64,000 nucleotides of DNA, from NCBI RefSeq assembly GCF_036406195.1, contig NZ_DASWVW010000033.1, positions 224,111 through 288,110 of the forward strand, written 5' to 3'. Positions 39,118 through 49,552 of the stretch are shown piece by piece (within the stretch, counting starts at the first letter, position 1; every line of letters begins with the position of its first letter). The notes beneath the pieces are model-generated. The model was not told the origin of the DNA. It saw only the letters and a program-made list of their open reading frames with translations, and did no database searches. A program made the position numbers and the translations under genes. The stretch comes from Steroidobacter sp. GTDB lineage: Bacteria > Pseudomonadota > Gammaproteobacteria > Steroidobacterales > Steroidobacteraceae.

Positions 39118-40398
39118 TCAGCATCCGCGCGGCACGCCCATCAACGCCAGGCCCTGAGCGACCGACGAGAACTCATCGCCGCCGATCAACTTCTCCGCGC
39201 CGAATTTCTTCGCGAACAACTCGCGCACGGCGGGAACCAGGGCCGTGCCGCCAGTCATGAACACTCGCGTGAGGTTTCCGGGAGCAACGCTGGCAATACG
39301 CACTGCCTCATCCGCCGTCGCTTCGATTCGCGACAGATCATCGGCGATCCATTGCTCGAACTCCTTGCGCGCGATGGTGCGGTCGATCTCGATCGGCCCC
39401 GCCTTGAAATTGAGTCTCGCCGTGTCCTGTGCAGTCAGCGTCTGTTTCACCCTCGACACGGCTTGAAACAGCGAAAAGCCTTCTTCATTCCTGATGACAT
39501 GCACCAGCCCTTCGAACGCCTGGCTGTCCACGGCCGTGCGCAGGATATCGGTGATATGCCTCAGTGTCTGGCGATTGTTCATCATGGAGAGCTGATGCCA
39601 GCTGGAGAAGTTGGCGTAGATCCACAAGGGAATCGGCAGCTTCTTGGTCTCCGGTTGAAACTGCGAACCCATGCCCAGCGCCGGGCAGACCGCGTTGTAG
39701 ACGATCTGGTAGTCGAAGCGGTCACCCGCGATGCCGATGCCGGTCTGCGCCAGCGGCGTGAGTTTCGGCTGCTCTCCATCCGCATCGACTTCGACGATGG
39801 AGAAGTCGCTCGTCCCGCCACCCAGATCGGCGACCAGCACCAGATGCCGGCCACGCGCCCGGCTTGCGAAAGCGTATGCAGCGGCCTCCGGCTCCAGGCC
39901 GACGCGGTCTGCTGTTCGGCCGGCACTCTCGAACGCCGCCATCAAGCGCGTTTGCGCGAGATTGTCATCGGGCGATGCGCCCGCAAACTCGATGGGCCTG
40001 CCGATCACTAGCGGCGCTTGTGACAACAGCGCATGCGCACCCGTGGCCTCGTAGAGATGCTGGAGCAATGTTCCTATCAAGGACTCCAGGGTGTAGGTGT
40101 GACCGAACACCTTGGTATCGACGAACGCGCGACTGCCCAGAAACGACTTCATCGACTGCACCAGCCGCGCCGGGCCGGTACGTGAAATGTAATCGGCGAT
40201 GGCCTCCGCGCCGGCACTGCTGATGGGGCGATCGCGCGGATTGGGCTCGGACGGGCGGAAGCAAAGGATCGAAGGCAACGCGGCACCTGCACCGAGCCGC
40301 GATGTGACTTTCATGACAGCGGAGCTGCCGTCCGCGCCGACGGCGGCAATGACGGTATTACTGGTGCCGAAATCGACACCAATGGCTACGGGCTTCAT
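39118..40398 (-). CDS. Hsp70-family protein (YegD-like)
   Basis: GVDFGTSNT, DLGGGTSD and TGGTA motifs; no substrate-binding domain. Confidence 0.88.
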   Translation of the reverse strand: MKPVAIGVDFGTSNTVIAAVGADGSSAVMKVTSRLGAGAALPSILCFRPSEPNPRDRPISSAGAEAIADYISRTGPARLVQSMKSFLGSRAFVDTKVFGHTYTLESLIGTLLQHLYEATGAHALLSQAPLVIGRPIEFAGASPDDNLAQTRLMAAFESAGRTADRVGLEPEAAAYAFASRARGRHLVLVADLGGGTSDFSIVEVDADGEQPKLTPLAQTGIGIAGDRFDYQIVYNAVCPALGMGSQFQPETKKLPIPLWIYANFSSWHQLSMMNNRQTLRHITDILRTAVDSQAFEGLVHVIRNEEGFSLFQAVSRVKQTLTAQDTARLNFKAGPIEIDRTIARKEFEQWIADDLSRIEATADEAVRIASVAPGNLTRVFMTGGTALVPAVRELFAKKFGAEKLIGGDEFSSVAQGLALMGVPRGC

Positions 40399-40451
40399 GG
40401 GGGGTGCGCCGGCAAAAGGGCCGGCCATTGTAGCATCTCCACGCGCCCCAT

Positions 40452-40489
40452 TTGAGATCGAGTTGAGATCAAGCTGAGATCGAGTTGAG
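40452..40489. repeat. 11-bp direct repeat x 3.5 in a divergent promoter
   Basis: TTGAGATCGAG TTGAGATCAAG CTGAGATCGAG TTGAG. Confidence 0.8.
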
Positions 40490-40543
40490 CCCGGCAACCA
40501 CCGGCGTCACACTGCCCGTTCGTGAGACGAGGTTGGATGACGC

Positions 40544-41149
40544 ATGGATCAATGGGTGCTCGATGCAATGAAGCGCTGGCCGAACGTGCCGGCGCTATTT
40601 GGCTGGCTGGGCCTGGACCGGCGCGGCCGCTGGCTCGTGCAAGGCGAGACCATCAGTCATCCACGCATCATCGATGTGATCAACCGGAACTACGCGGCGG
40701 ACGAGCATGGCCGTTGGTACTTTCAGAACGGCCCACAGCGCGGTTACATGCAATTGGAATCCGCGCCACTGGTTCTCTTCGTTGCCGAGACTGGAGAACA
40801 CCTGGTGACTCACACCGGTCGTGACGTCGAGCAGGTTCACGCGGCCTATCTTGATGAAGAAGGCGCGCTAGTGCTTGTGACCGAGCACGGCCCCGCCGAA
40901 GTAGCGGGAACGGATCTGCAGTGGATACTCGATCGACTGACCATCGACAGCCGCCCCGTCGAAGATCACGCGCTTGCGGCAGCGTTGGAATTGCCGTCCG
41001 GGTCCGACACCAGCATCACGCTACGACTCGGCACGTCTGCATTGCGATTGCAGCGGCTGGACTTTGCACAAGCACCGTCGGTGCTAGGCTTCGAGCGCAC
41101 GCCCGCACCGCGCGAAGGTGAGAAAGTGTCGACGCGAGCGATGGACTGA
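40544..41149 (+). CDS. DUF2946-like protein
   Basis: WPNVPALFGWLGLDRRG and FQNGPQR motifs. Confidence 0.75.
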   Translation: MDQWVLDAMKRWPNVPALFGWLGLDRRGRWLVQGETISHPRIIDVINRNYAADEHGRWYFQNGPQRGYMQLESAPLVLFVAETGEHLVTHTGRDVEQVHAAYLDEEGALVLVTEHGPAEVAGTDLQWILDRLTIDSRPVEDHALAAALELPSGSDTSITLRLGTSALRLQRLDFAQAPSVLGFERTPAPREGEKVSTRAMD

Positions 41150-41318
41150 TCAGCACATGCAAGCCCCGGGCGTTGCGGAATTCAGCGCCCTGCCGCAGTT
41201 TCACGGATTTTTCACGCGGCATATCACCCGGCCCTCACGACCAAGGAGCACTGTCGCCCCCTCTTCAGACGGACCCGCCAAGCAGGCATTCACATCAGGA
41301 AATCGAGGGGAAGCTGTC

Positions 41319-43007
41319 ATGCGCATTAGAATCTACCTGGCCTTTGCCGCCGCCCTGGCAGGCGCAGTCGCACAGGTACAAGCCCAGGTGCCGGTGCACA
41401 AACACTATCAGGAGCACGATTCGTTCGACTCTCGGTCGCCCTCCGGCGCCATTGCACCGCGGTTGCAGAACGTCGGTAAACACACCTTTCCGGTGACCAC
41501 GAATTCCGAGCAGGCGCAACGTTTCATCAACCAGGGTCTGAATCTCACCTACGGCTTCAACCATGCCGAGGCCGCACGCGCCTTCGCCGAAGCCGCGCGG
41601 CTCGATCCGAACGCCGCCATGGCGTACTGGGGACAGGCGCTAGTGCTGGGTCCCAACATCAATGCACCGATGGCGCCGGAGGAGGAGCCAAAGGCATTGG
41701 CGCTCATCAAGAAGGCGCAGTCGCTGAAGAGCAAAGTGTCACAACGTGAACGTGACTACATCGATGCACTCGCACTGCGTTTCACCGGCAAGCCCGAAGA
41801 TCGTGCCGCCGCGGATCAAGCCTACGCCGGCGCCATGCGCATCCTGCAAGAGACGTATCCGGACGACCTCGATGCGGCCACGCTGTACGCCGAAGCGGTC
41901 ATGGACCTGCGTCCATGGAACTACTGGACGCGCGATGGCCGTCCTTACGAGCAGACGCACGAGATCATCAACGCGCTCGATCGTGTTCTGGCGAAAAATC
42001 ACGAGCACCCAGGCGCACTGCACTACTGGATTCACCTGTGGGAAGCGAGCAATACGCCGGAGAAAGCCGAAGCCGCGGCAGATCGTTTGTTACCGCTGGC
42101 GCCGGCAGCCGGTCATCTGGTGCACATGCCGGGACATATCTATCAGCGCGTCGGCCGCTACGCCGACGCCATGAAGGCGAATCAAATGGCCATCCTCGCC
42201 GACGAGGACTACATCACTCAGTGCCGTGCGCAAGGCTTGTATCCGCTTGGCTACTATCCTCATAACGTGCATTTCCTGTGGTTCGCGGCCAGCATGGCGG
42301 GCCAGAGCAAGACTGCCATCGACGCAGCAAACAAGACGGCGCAGTCGATCCCGCCGGAGGCGCTCGAGGAACTGCCCATCCTGCAGAGCTTCATTCTCGT
42401 GCCGGATTACGCGCTGGTGCGCTTCGGCAAATGGGATGAAATCCTGTCGGCGCCGGCGCCTCGCGTCGACACCCTCTTCACGCGTGGCGTGCGTCACTAC
42501 GCTCGCGGCATGGCGTTCATTCGCAAGAACGACTTCGCGTCGGCGAAGAAAGAGATCGCCGCCGTGAGTCAGATCGCGCAGGATCCGAAGCTCATCGAGA
42601 CGCCCTCCTCCATGTCCATGAACATGGCGGAATCCGTATTGCGAATCGCGGTACAGATGCTCGAGGGCGAGCTGGCGGCCGCACAGGGCAACTATGACGA
42701 GGCAATCGCGCATCTGGATCGCGCCGTGCGCTATCACGACAACCTGATCTACACCGAGCCCGACGACTGGCACCAGCCCGCGCGTCACGCGCTCGGCGCC
42801 GTGCTGCTCGACGCAGGCCGGCCCGCCGAAGCCGAGGCGGTCTACTGGGAAGATCTGCGACGCAACCCGAAGAATGGCTGGTCGCTGTTCGGGCTGCTCA
42901 AGGCGCTGCAGGCACAAAACAAGATCGAAGAGGCCAGGCGGGTCGAAGCCGATTTCAAGAAGGCCTGGGCCGACGCCGACATTACGCTGACGGCATCGAG
43001 GTTCTGA
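41319..43007 (+). CDS. Secreted TPR-repeat protein with His-rich motifs
   Basis: Signal peptide; YGFNHAEA, HPGALHYWIH and GHLVHMPGHIY motifs. Confidence 0.82.
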   Translation: MRIRIYLAFAAALAGAVAQVQAQVPVHKHYQEHDSFDSRSPSGAIAPRLQNVGKHTFPVTTNSEQAQRFINQGLNLTYGFNHAEAARAFAEAARLDPNAAMAYWGQALVLGPNINAPMAPEEEPKALALIKKAQSLKSKVSQRERDYIDALALRFTGKPEDRAAADQAYAGAMRILQETYPDDLDAATLYAEAVMDLRPWNYWTRDGRPYEQTHEIINALDRVLAKNHEHPGALHYWIHLWEASNTPEKAEAAADRLLPLAPAAGHLVHMPGHIYQRVGRYADAMKANQMAILADEDYITQCRAQGLYPLGYYPHNVHFLWFAASMAGQSKTAIDAANKTAQSIPPEALEELPILQSFILVPDYALVRFGKWDEILSAPAPRVDTLFTRGVRHYARGMAFIRKNDFASAKKEIAAVSQIAQDPKLIETPSSMSMNMAESVLRIAVQMLEGELAAAQGNYDEAIAHLDRAVRYHDNLIYTEPDDWHQPARHALGAVLLDAGRPAEAEAVYWEDLRRNPKNGWSLFGLLKALQAQNKIEEARRVEADFKKAWADADITLTASRF

Positions 43008-43030
43008 CGAACATACGCGGGACATGTGAC

Positions 43031-43720
43031 ATGCGAAATCTTGAACCGCGCATCTTTGCCGCACGCGCTTCCGGAAAGCTGGCGGCGCTGCTATGGCTCG
43101 CAACCATGGCAGCGCCGGTCTACGCCGACGGTCCGGGGGCCTATCGTCCGCCGGCCCGCCCTGCTATAGCACCAACGCTTTCAGAAGAGAGCGCCATCGA
43201 CGCCTACAACCAAGGGTACGCCAAGATCCAGCGGGCCGATCATTCGCAAGCGCTCGCCGCAGCCTCCTCCTCCGCCGAAGAGAAGAGCGAGGCCGAGCGC
43301 GCCGCACGCAACTACTACCAGGAAGCCTTACCGCACTTCAAAGAAGCCATTCGGCTGGATGGCGCCATGCACGAGGCGTACACCTATCTCGGCTATGCGA
43401 ATCGCAAGCTGGGCAATCACGCCGAGGCGCTCGCAGCCTACGAGCAGGCGCTGCGCATCTTCCCCGACTATCCATACGCCATCGAGTATCAGGGACAAGC
43501 GTTTCTGGGACTGAATCGCCTCGACGAGGCGCGCTTCAACTATCTGCGCCTGTACGCGCTCAACAAGGGTCAGGCAGCGAAGCTGTTGGAAGCGATGCGG
43601 GCGTGGGTCGAGTCGCACAAGGACACGCAGCTCGAAGGAGTGGATACGAGCGACTTTGCCGAGTGGGTGGCGCGCCGATCCGAGCTTACGCGCAACGACG
43701 TGATATCGAGCAGCTGGTGA
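43031..43720 (+). CDS. Secreted TPR protein
   Basis: Signal peptide; AYTYLGYANRKLG TPR. Confidence 0.8.
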   Translation: MRNLEPRIFAARASGKLAALLWLATMAAPVYADGPGAYRPPARPAIAPTLSEESAIDAYNQGYAKIQRADHSQALAAASSSAEEKSEAERAARNYYQEALPHFKEAIRLDGAMHEAYTYLGYANRKLGNHAEALAAYEQALRIFPDYPYAIEYQGQAFLGLNRLDEARFNYLRLYALNKGQAAKLLEAMRAWVESHKDTQLEGVDTSDFAEWVARRSELTRNDVISSSW

Positions 43721-43736
43721 ATCACTCACACTCACC

Positions 43737-43772
43737 GCGAACATTTGGGCGAGCATTTCGGCGAACATTTGG
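43737..43772. repeat. 12-bp tandem repeat x 3
   Basis: GCGAACATTTGG GCGAGCATTTCG GCGAACATTTGG. Confidence 0.75.
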
Positions 43773-43807
43773 ATAACGACGACAGACCAGAGGGCGAACC
43801 CTGCTGC

Positions 43808-43835
43808 GCCCCGCCCAACGGCGGGGCATTCTTTC
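43808..43835 (+). terminator. Intrinsic terminator after the TPR pair
   Basis: GCCCCGCC-CAAC-GGCGGGGC followed by ATTCTTT. Confidence 0.6.
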
Positions 43836-43841
43836 CTTGGA

Positions 43842-44672
43842 TCAACCGGACGCCTGGGCCTGCTTCCATTCGCGCGGCGTCAGGCCGCTCTGTACTTTGA
43901 ATGCGCGCGACAATGCGGCCTCGCTGCCATAGCCCACTTCGATAGCGATCATTTTAAGTGGCTGCCCCTGGCGCAACCGTTGCTGTGCCAGGCTGACCCG
44001 CCAGTTCTGCATGTAAGCACCCGGCGTGAGCCCCACGGTGTCGCGGAACGTGTTGGCGAACACGCTGCGCGACATGCCGGCCGTCTCCGCCAATTCATCG
44101 AGCGACCATTCGTGTGCAGGTTTTTCATGCATGGCGACCAGAGCGTGCCGCAGCTTTGGATGCGACATGCCCGCCAGCATGCCGGTGCGAATCTGTCCGG
44201 TCTCCATCAAATGACGCAATACCTGGATCAGCACCACCTCGAACAGGCGGTTGATCAGAGCGCGTCGGCCGCAGCGCTCATTGAACGCCTCGTCGAATAG
44301 CAAAGACAGCACGCTGGCGGCACCTTCGATGCCCGCGAGCGGCACACAGATGACGGCGGGCAGCGCGTTGGCCACCGGATTCGCGGCACCGCCGTCGAAA
44401 TGTAAGTTCGCGCAGGTGAAATCGGCGCCGCGGGTGACATCGGTCTTGAAGCGGTGCTTCAGCGGACGTGGATAGAGCAGCAGGCTCGGCTCGGTCACGT
44501 GTAGTGAATCTGCGCCATCGTGGTTCACTTCGACCGGTCCCGACTTGATCAGGTGCAGCTGTCCCGTCTCCGGCAGGGTCGGTACGTCGTTGAACCCGCA
44601 CAGCGCGCCGGAGTGGAACATGCGGGCATGCACCGCGAAGTGCGCAAGCAACGATTCCAGGCGGTCAGCCAT
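43842..44672 (-). CDS. AraC family regulator with cupin domain (RclR-like)
   Basis: N-terminal cupin with Cys residues; GMSRSVFA and VGYGSEAALSRAFK motifs. Confidence 0.88.
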   Translation of the reverse strand: MADRLESLLAHFAVHARMFHSGALCGFNDVPTLPETGQLHLIKSGPVEVNHDGADSLHVTEPSLLLYPRPLKHRFKTDVTRGADFTCANLHFDGGAANPVANALPAVICVPLAGIEGAASVLSLLFDEAFNERCGRRALINRLFEVVLIQVLRHLMETGQIRTGMLAGMSHPKLRHALVAMHEKPAHEWSLDELAETAGMSRSVFANTFRDTVGLTPGAYMQNWRVSLAQQRLRQGQPLKMIAIEVGYGSEAALSRAFKVQSGLTPREWKQAQASG

Positions 44673-44776
44673 TCCAATATTCCTGATCAAGTTTTCAGGA
44701 TTCTAGGTGACCCGGGCCCCTCCCGGCACGCCTACACTGCGCCAAGCCACTGACACAACGAGCAAGGAGATCTGCC

Positions 44777-45205
44777 ATGTCGATCGAAAAAGTCCTGTAT
44801 ACCGCACAAGCCACTGCCAATGGCGGCCGCGACGGCCGAGCCAGGTCCTCGGATGGCGTTCTGGATATCCAACTTTCCACGCCGCGCGAGTTGGGTGGCG
44901 CGGGCGGCCCCGGAACCAACCCGGAGCAGCTGTTTGCCGCCGGCTACTCGGCCTGCTTCCTGGGCGCGCTGAAACTCGTGGCGGGTAAGGAAAAAGTGGC
45001 TCTGCCAGCGGACACCACCGTCACCGGCCGCGTCGGCATCGGCGCGATTCCGACAGGCTTCGGCATCGAGGTCGAGCTGCGCATCAAGGCGCCCGGGCTG
45101 CCGAAGGACAAGGTGCAGGCGCTGGTGGACAAGGCGCACATCGTTTGCCCGTACTCCAACGCCACTCGTGGCAACATCGATGTGACACTGGTCGTGGAAG
45201 ATTGA
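44777..45205 (+). CDS. ohr: Organic hydroperoxide resistance protein
   Basis: [14 protein letters not shown] and VCPYSNA motifs. Confidence 0.96.
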   Translation: MSIEKVLYTAQATANGGRDGRARSSDGVLDIQLSTPRELGGAGGPGTNPEQLFAAGYSACFLGALKLVAGKEKVALPADTTVTGRVGIGAIPTGFGIEVELRIKAPGLPKDKVQALVDKAHIVCPYSNATRGNIDVTLVVED

Positions 45206-45286
45206 ACGACGACATCGAGCGCGGTTCCGCGGGTCATCGCCCGCTGAACCGCCCGGCGTGCTCGTGCTGCTAAACTTCAGCACGCC

Positions 45287-45745
45287 GTGTCCCACTTCAA
45301 GCTCATCCTCGACACCAACATCGTGCTCGATTGGCTCGTGTTCCGCGACGCCAGCGTAGCTGGCCTGCAACGTGCGTTGGATCGAGGCCAGATCGATATC
45401 GTCACTCATGCGCCGGCTGTCGACGAGCTACGCCGCGTGCTTGGCTATGCACAGCTCAATCTTGGCATCGAGCAGCAGCAGGAAGTGCTGGCACGCTACA
45501 TCTCGCATACGCGGCTCGTGACTCTGCCACCGGGGCTTCACCTCGATGATCTCGGATTGCCGGCGGGATTCCCTCGCTGCCGCGATCGCGATGATCAACA
45601 TTTCCTCGCCCTAGCCTATCACGAACGGGCGGATGCACTGGTGAGCAAGGACTCAGCGGTTCTGGAGCTGACCAGGCGACTACAGAAGTTTGGCATCACC
45701 GTGTTCGATCGGCAGCAACTGGCGGCACGGCTCTCATTTGAATGA
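45287..45745 (+). CDS. PIN domain protein
   Basis: LDTNIVLD, CRDRDDQHFL and VSKD motifs. Confidence 0.85.
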   Translation: MSHFKLILDTNIVLDWLVFRDASVAGLQRALDRGQIDIVTHAPAVDELRRVLGYAQLNLGIEQQQEVLARYISHTRLVTLPPGLHLDDLGLPAGFPRCRDRDDQHFLALAYHERADALVSKDSAVLELTRRLQKFGITVFDRQQLAARLSFE

Positions 45746-45775
45746 CGACGAGATGACCACCCCGGCCTGGTGCAT

Positions 45776-46980
45776 TCACGCGCCAAGCTGCTGGCGCACG
45801 CGCGTAATGACTTCGATCAGGCTGAGATATGCCTGTCGCGCCGACTCGACGGTATCCTTGGCTGCCGCGAGATCTCCGGCGGCGCCGAGATTCTCGATCT
45901 CCTGGAATGTTCGCGCCAAAGCATCGGCACCCACGGTGGCCGCGTTGGCCTTGAGGGTGTGAGCGCTGCGCTTGACCGACGGCGCATCGCCTCGAGCTAG
46001 CGCGTTCTGCAAAGCATCGAGCAGCCGAGGCGCGCTGTCGATCATCGCTCCCAGCACGATCGAGGCGCCCGCCGTCCCGGCGGCGGCGATCAGTCGATCG
46101 ATGGTCTCTTGACGATACTCTTGACGATACTCTGGTCGAGACTCGGACGTCTGCGCTGGACTCAGCGTCGATGACGGGGATGCAGCCAAAGCTCCCACAT
46201 GTATTTGCTGCCGCTGTATGATCGCGGCAAGCTCTTCGAGCTGCACCGGCTTGCTGATGTAATCGTCCATGCCGGCAGCCAGGCAGCGCTCTCGATCTCC
46301 GCTCAACGCATTTGCAGTCATTGCGACGATGCGGGGCTGGCGCTCCTTGGGCAATCGGGCGCGAATCTCGCGAGTGGCATCCAGCCCGTCCATCTCGGGC
46401 ATCAGAACATCCATCAGGATCAGGTCGTAGGGCAGCTGGGCCGCTGCGTTCACCGCCTCGATGCCATTCGACACGATATCCGCGGTCTGCGACAAACGTT
46501 CCAACAGAAGTTGCGCTAGCCGCTGATTCACGACGTTGTCCTCGGCCAGCAGGATGCGCAGCGATGCCGGCACTTTCGACCGCATGATGTTCAGTACGTG
46601 CCGTTTGGTGAGCCGCGCAGGATCGAATGTTCCCGGGCGTGCTGGCACGAGATCCGCCGTTGCGGCTTCCATGGGCAACATCACGGTAAACGTCGACCCC
46701 ACACCGACCGTGCTTTCCACGCCGATCTCGCCATTCATGGCTTCCGTAAGCCGCTTGCAGATCGCCAATCCCAAGCACGTTCGATGCCCCACGCGATGCA
46801 CGCGGGTGCGGGCAGTGCGAGACAGATGCTCAGCGCGGTGCGCAGACTGGACGGCCAATTCTCGATTTCGCCCAGCGTGCTGCTCGTCCAGTCTTTTGCT
46901 TTGATCAGTTCGCTCATGACGCCGCCGCCCGACAACCAATGCATCGGGTCCCTTCCGGCGCGATCTTCCTGTCGCTTCAT
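45776..46980 (-). pseudogene. Hybrid sensor kinase with a large internal deletion and frameshift; REC and HPt remain
   Basis: Sensor-kinase N-terminus (GGGVMSELIKAKDWTSSTLG...WPSSLRTALSICL) joined out of frame near 46780 to the HATPase tail LGLAICKRL...GSTF; then REC (LAEDN, LMDV) and HPt (AHTLK). Confidence 0.8.
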
Positions 46981-47433
46981 GAGCGGCACTCTGGCTAAGA
47001 CTCGTCGCGTGATACTCGTGCATCGACGCGGTGTCGGATCATCGGGTATCCACCCTGGTGTGTCTAGAAGCAATCCGCGCTCGATGATGCGTTGTCAACG
47101 ACGATGGCCGTGGTTAATACGTATGATCGATGAACGCGCTGCAAGCTCGGCAACGAGACGTCGAAGCGGATGACTGACGTCATCGCACAACCGGCCTCGG
47201 CTTGTGAACGACCGTTGGCAATCCCAGGTCAGCCCCCTCAGCCACCACAAATGAGCGGCGCCGACTGAGCGACGCGCAGCGGCACCTGAAGCGGCACCTG
47301 AGAACTCCATCAAGATTCCGGGCTCCGGTTCGTTCAGCTGACATCCACCTGCCCCTGCAAGCCGAATTCAGATTGCCAGCGACGTTCATTCAGGAAAGTC
47401 GCGGCGGACCGGCCCATTCATCGGGAGGACATT

Positions 47434-48867
47434 ATGTCCATTGCAGCCATTCTAGGGATTACCCCCTGGCCCACGCTTTCCGTGCTCATTCTTTTCGTGC
47501 TGGCAGTGTTCGTGCTGTTTTTTGCACGCGATACCGCTCATCAGGCAATCCGCACGGCTACGAGCGCGATCGCGCGGGGCCTGCGGTTGGCTTCGCATTC
47601 AACCACCCACCTCGAAGCCCGGCTCGCTGCGCGCAACCGGGACGTGCTCCTGGCGGCGGGACGCGAGGCGAAAGAGCGCATCATCGAACGTGAGTTCGAG
47701 CGCGTCGCCGAAAGCGTTCGCAAGGACCTCACGAACTACCCCACCTTGCATCGGGCGCTCAGCGAGTCGATCCGGCGCATCGAGGAAAATCACCAGAACG
47801 CCGTCGACGTGCCGCCGGAAGCTCCGGGCTGGATACGGGCGGTCGATGCCGTGGCACAGATGGAGGGCCGCAACAACGGCGCGGCGAACATCCTCGCCGA
47901 CATTCACAAGTCGCTGGTCAAAGCTCACAAAGAGGCGATGGACGAATATCGGGACGCCAGCGCGGAGCGGCACGCACTGCTGCACAAGATGATGCCGGAA
48001 TGGCGTGCCATCAAAGACGTGCTTGAACGAGTGTATGCCTCCGTCGAAAGCCTGCTCAAGCGTTCGGTCGCCATCGACCGACACATGCAGGAATATCAGG
48101 ACATCGTGCGCGGCCACGATCATGCCGTGTCCACTCTCTCCTCCTCGTCAGTGGTGCAGTTCTTCGTCTCCGGCCTCGTGCTGCTGATCGCGATCGGCGG
48201 CGCAGCGATCAACTTCTCGCTGATCGCTCGGCCCATGTCGGAAATGGTGGGCGGCACCAGTTACATCGGCTCGTTCCGCACCGCCGATATCGCCGCGCTC
48301 GTGATCATCATGGTCGAGATTTCGATGGGACTCTTTCTGATGGAATCGCTGCGCATCACCCGGCTGTTCCCAGTGATCGCGGCGCTGCCCGACAAGATGC
48401 GCGTGCGCATGATCTGGATCACGTTCTGTTTGCTGACCCTGCTGGCCAGCGTCGAAGCGGGCCTTGCGTATATGCGTGAAGTCCTGCTGCAGGATGAGCT
48501 TGCGACTGGCGCGCTGCTGCGAGGCGAAGGCGCCGGCGAGCTGAAGAACGAATATCTCTGGATCACCACGGCCGCGCAGATGGGCATGGGCTTCATTCTG
48601 CCGTTCGCACTGACCTTCGTGGCAATTCCCTTCGAAACGTTCGTTCACTCCTCGCGGACCGTGCTGGGCATTTGCGGCATCGGCCTGCTGCGGGCCGGCG
48701 CGCTGGTACTGAGGGTGCTCAGCAACGCGTTTCATCACACCGGCAAGCTCCTGGAACGTATCTACGATCTGCCGCTGTTCGTCCCGCTGTGGCTCGAAGC
48801 ACGCGCCAAGGCGGCGCGTGCCGATCACTCACGCGAAGTCGGCGAAGTGCAGGAGGCCCAGACATGA
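47434..48867 (+). CDS. Multi-TM membrane protein with coiled-coil region
   Basis: GGAGG SD; one N-terminal TM and about 4 C-terminal TMs. Confidence 0.8.
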   Translation: MSIAAILGITPWPTLSVLILFVLAVFVLFFARDTAHQAIRTATSAIARGLRLASHSTTHLEARLAARNRDVLLAAGREAKERIIEREFERVAESVRKDLTNYPTLHRALSESIRRIEENHQNAVDVPPEAPGWIRAVDAVAQMEGRNNGAANILADIHKSLVKAHKEAMDEYRDASAERHALLHKMMPEWRAIKDVLERVYASVESLLKRSVAIDRHMQEYQDIVRGHDHAVSTLSSSSVVQFFVSGLVLLIAIGGAAINFSLIARPMSEMVGGTSYIGSFRTADIAALVIIMVEISMGLFLMESLRITRLFPVIAALPDKMRVRMIWITFCLLTLLASVEAGLAYMREVLLQDELATGALLRGEGAGELKNEYLWITTAAQMGMGFILPFALTFVAIPFETFVHSSRTVLGICGIGLLRAGALVLRVLSNAFHHTGKLLERIYDLPLFVPLWLEARAKAARADHSREVGEVQEAQT

Positions 48868-49499
48868 AGGCATTCATCCTGGCCCTGACCGCGCTACTGG
48901 TGGCTGGCTGCACGCCGACCGCTCCTCGCAACACGGGTGTGTATCTGCTGCTCGACACCTCGGGTACGTACAACGAGGAATTGAAGAAGGCGCAGAGCAT
49001 CATTCTGTACACGTTGTCGAAATTGCAGCCGACCGACTCCTTCGCAGTCGCGCGCATCGATACGGGCAGCTTCAGCGAGAAGGACATCATCGCCAAGGCG
49101 ACCTTCGACGATCGGCCGAGCACTGCCAACACCCAGAAGCGTGCGTTCGCCGATGCCATCAAGAAATTCGTCGATCGCGCCGAGTCTTCGACGCACACCG
49201 ACATCACCGGCGGCGTGTTGCAGGCCATCGAATTCCTCAACGAGAAGAATTCCGGCCGCAAGACCATCTTGATCTTCTCCGACCTGCAGGAGGATCTGGC
49301 CAAGGGTTACGTGCGTGACGTGCCGCTCGACTTGAAAGGGTTCGAGGTGGTCGCGCTGAACGTCACCAAGCTGCGCTCCGACAACCTCGATCCGCGCGAA
49401 TATCTCTCACGTGTCGAGAACTGGCGCGAGCGCGTGGAAAAGAGCGGCGGCCGGTGGCGCATGATCAACGATCTGGAGCGACTGGACGGACTGTTGTGA
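48864..49499 (+). CDS. vWA domain lipoprotein
   Basis: Lipobox VAGC; MIDAS-like DTSGT...TD...FSD; ATGA overlap with upstream gene. Confidence 0.83.
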   Translation: MKAFILALTALLVAGCTPTAPRNTGVYLLLDTSGTYNEELKKAQSIILYTLSKLQPTDSFAVARIDTGSFSEKDIIAKATFDDRPSTANTQKRAFADAIKKFVDRAESSTHTDITGGVLQAIEFLNEKNSGRKTILIFSDLQEDLAKGYVRDVPLDLKGFEVVALNVTKLRSDNLDPREYLSRVENWRERVEKSGGRWRMINDLERLDGLL

Positions 49500-49552
49500 T
49501 GATTCATGACCCGTGCGTGCGGGCACACCGTTGACGCGACTCGATCAGAACC

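Noticed and set aside
45287-45745. PIN protein as a VapBC toxin
   Set aside because: No adjacent antitoxin ORF; solitary PIN genes of this type are common.
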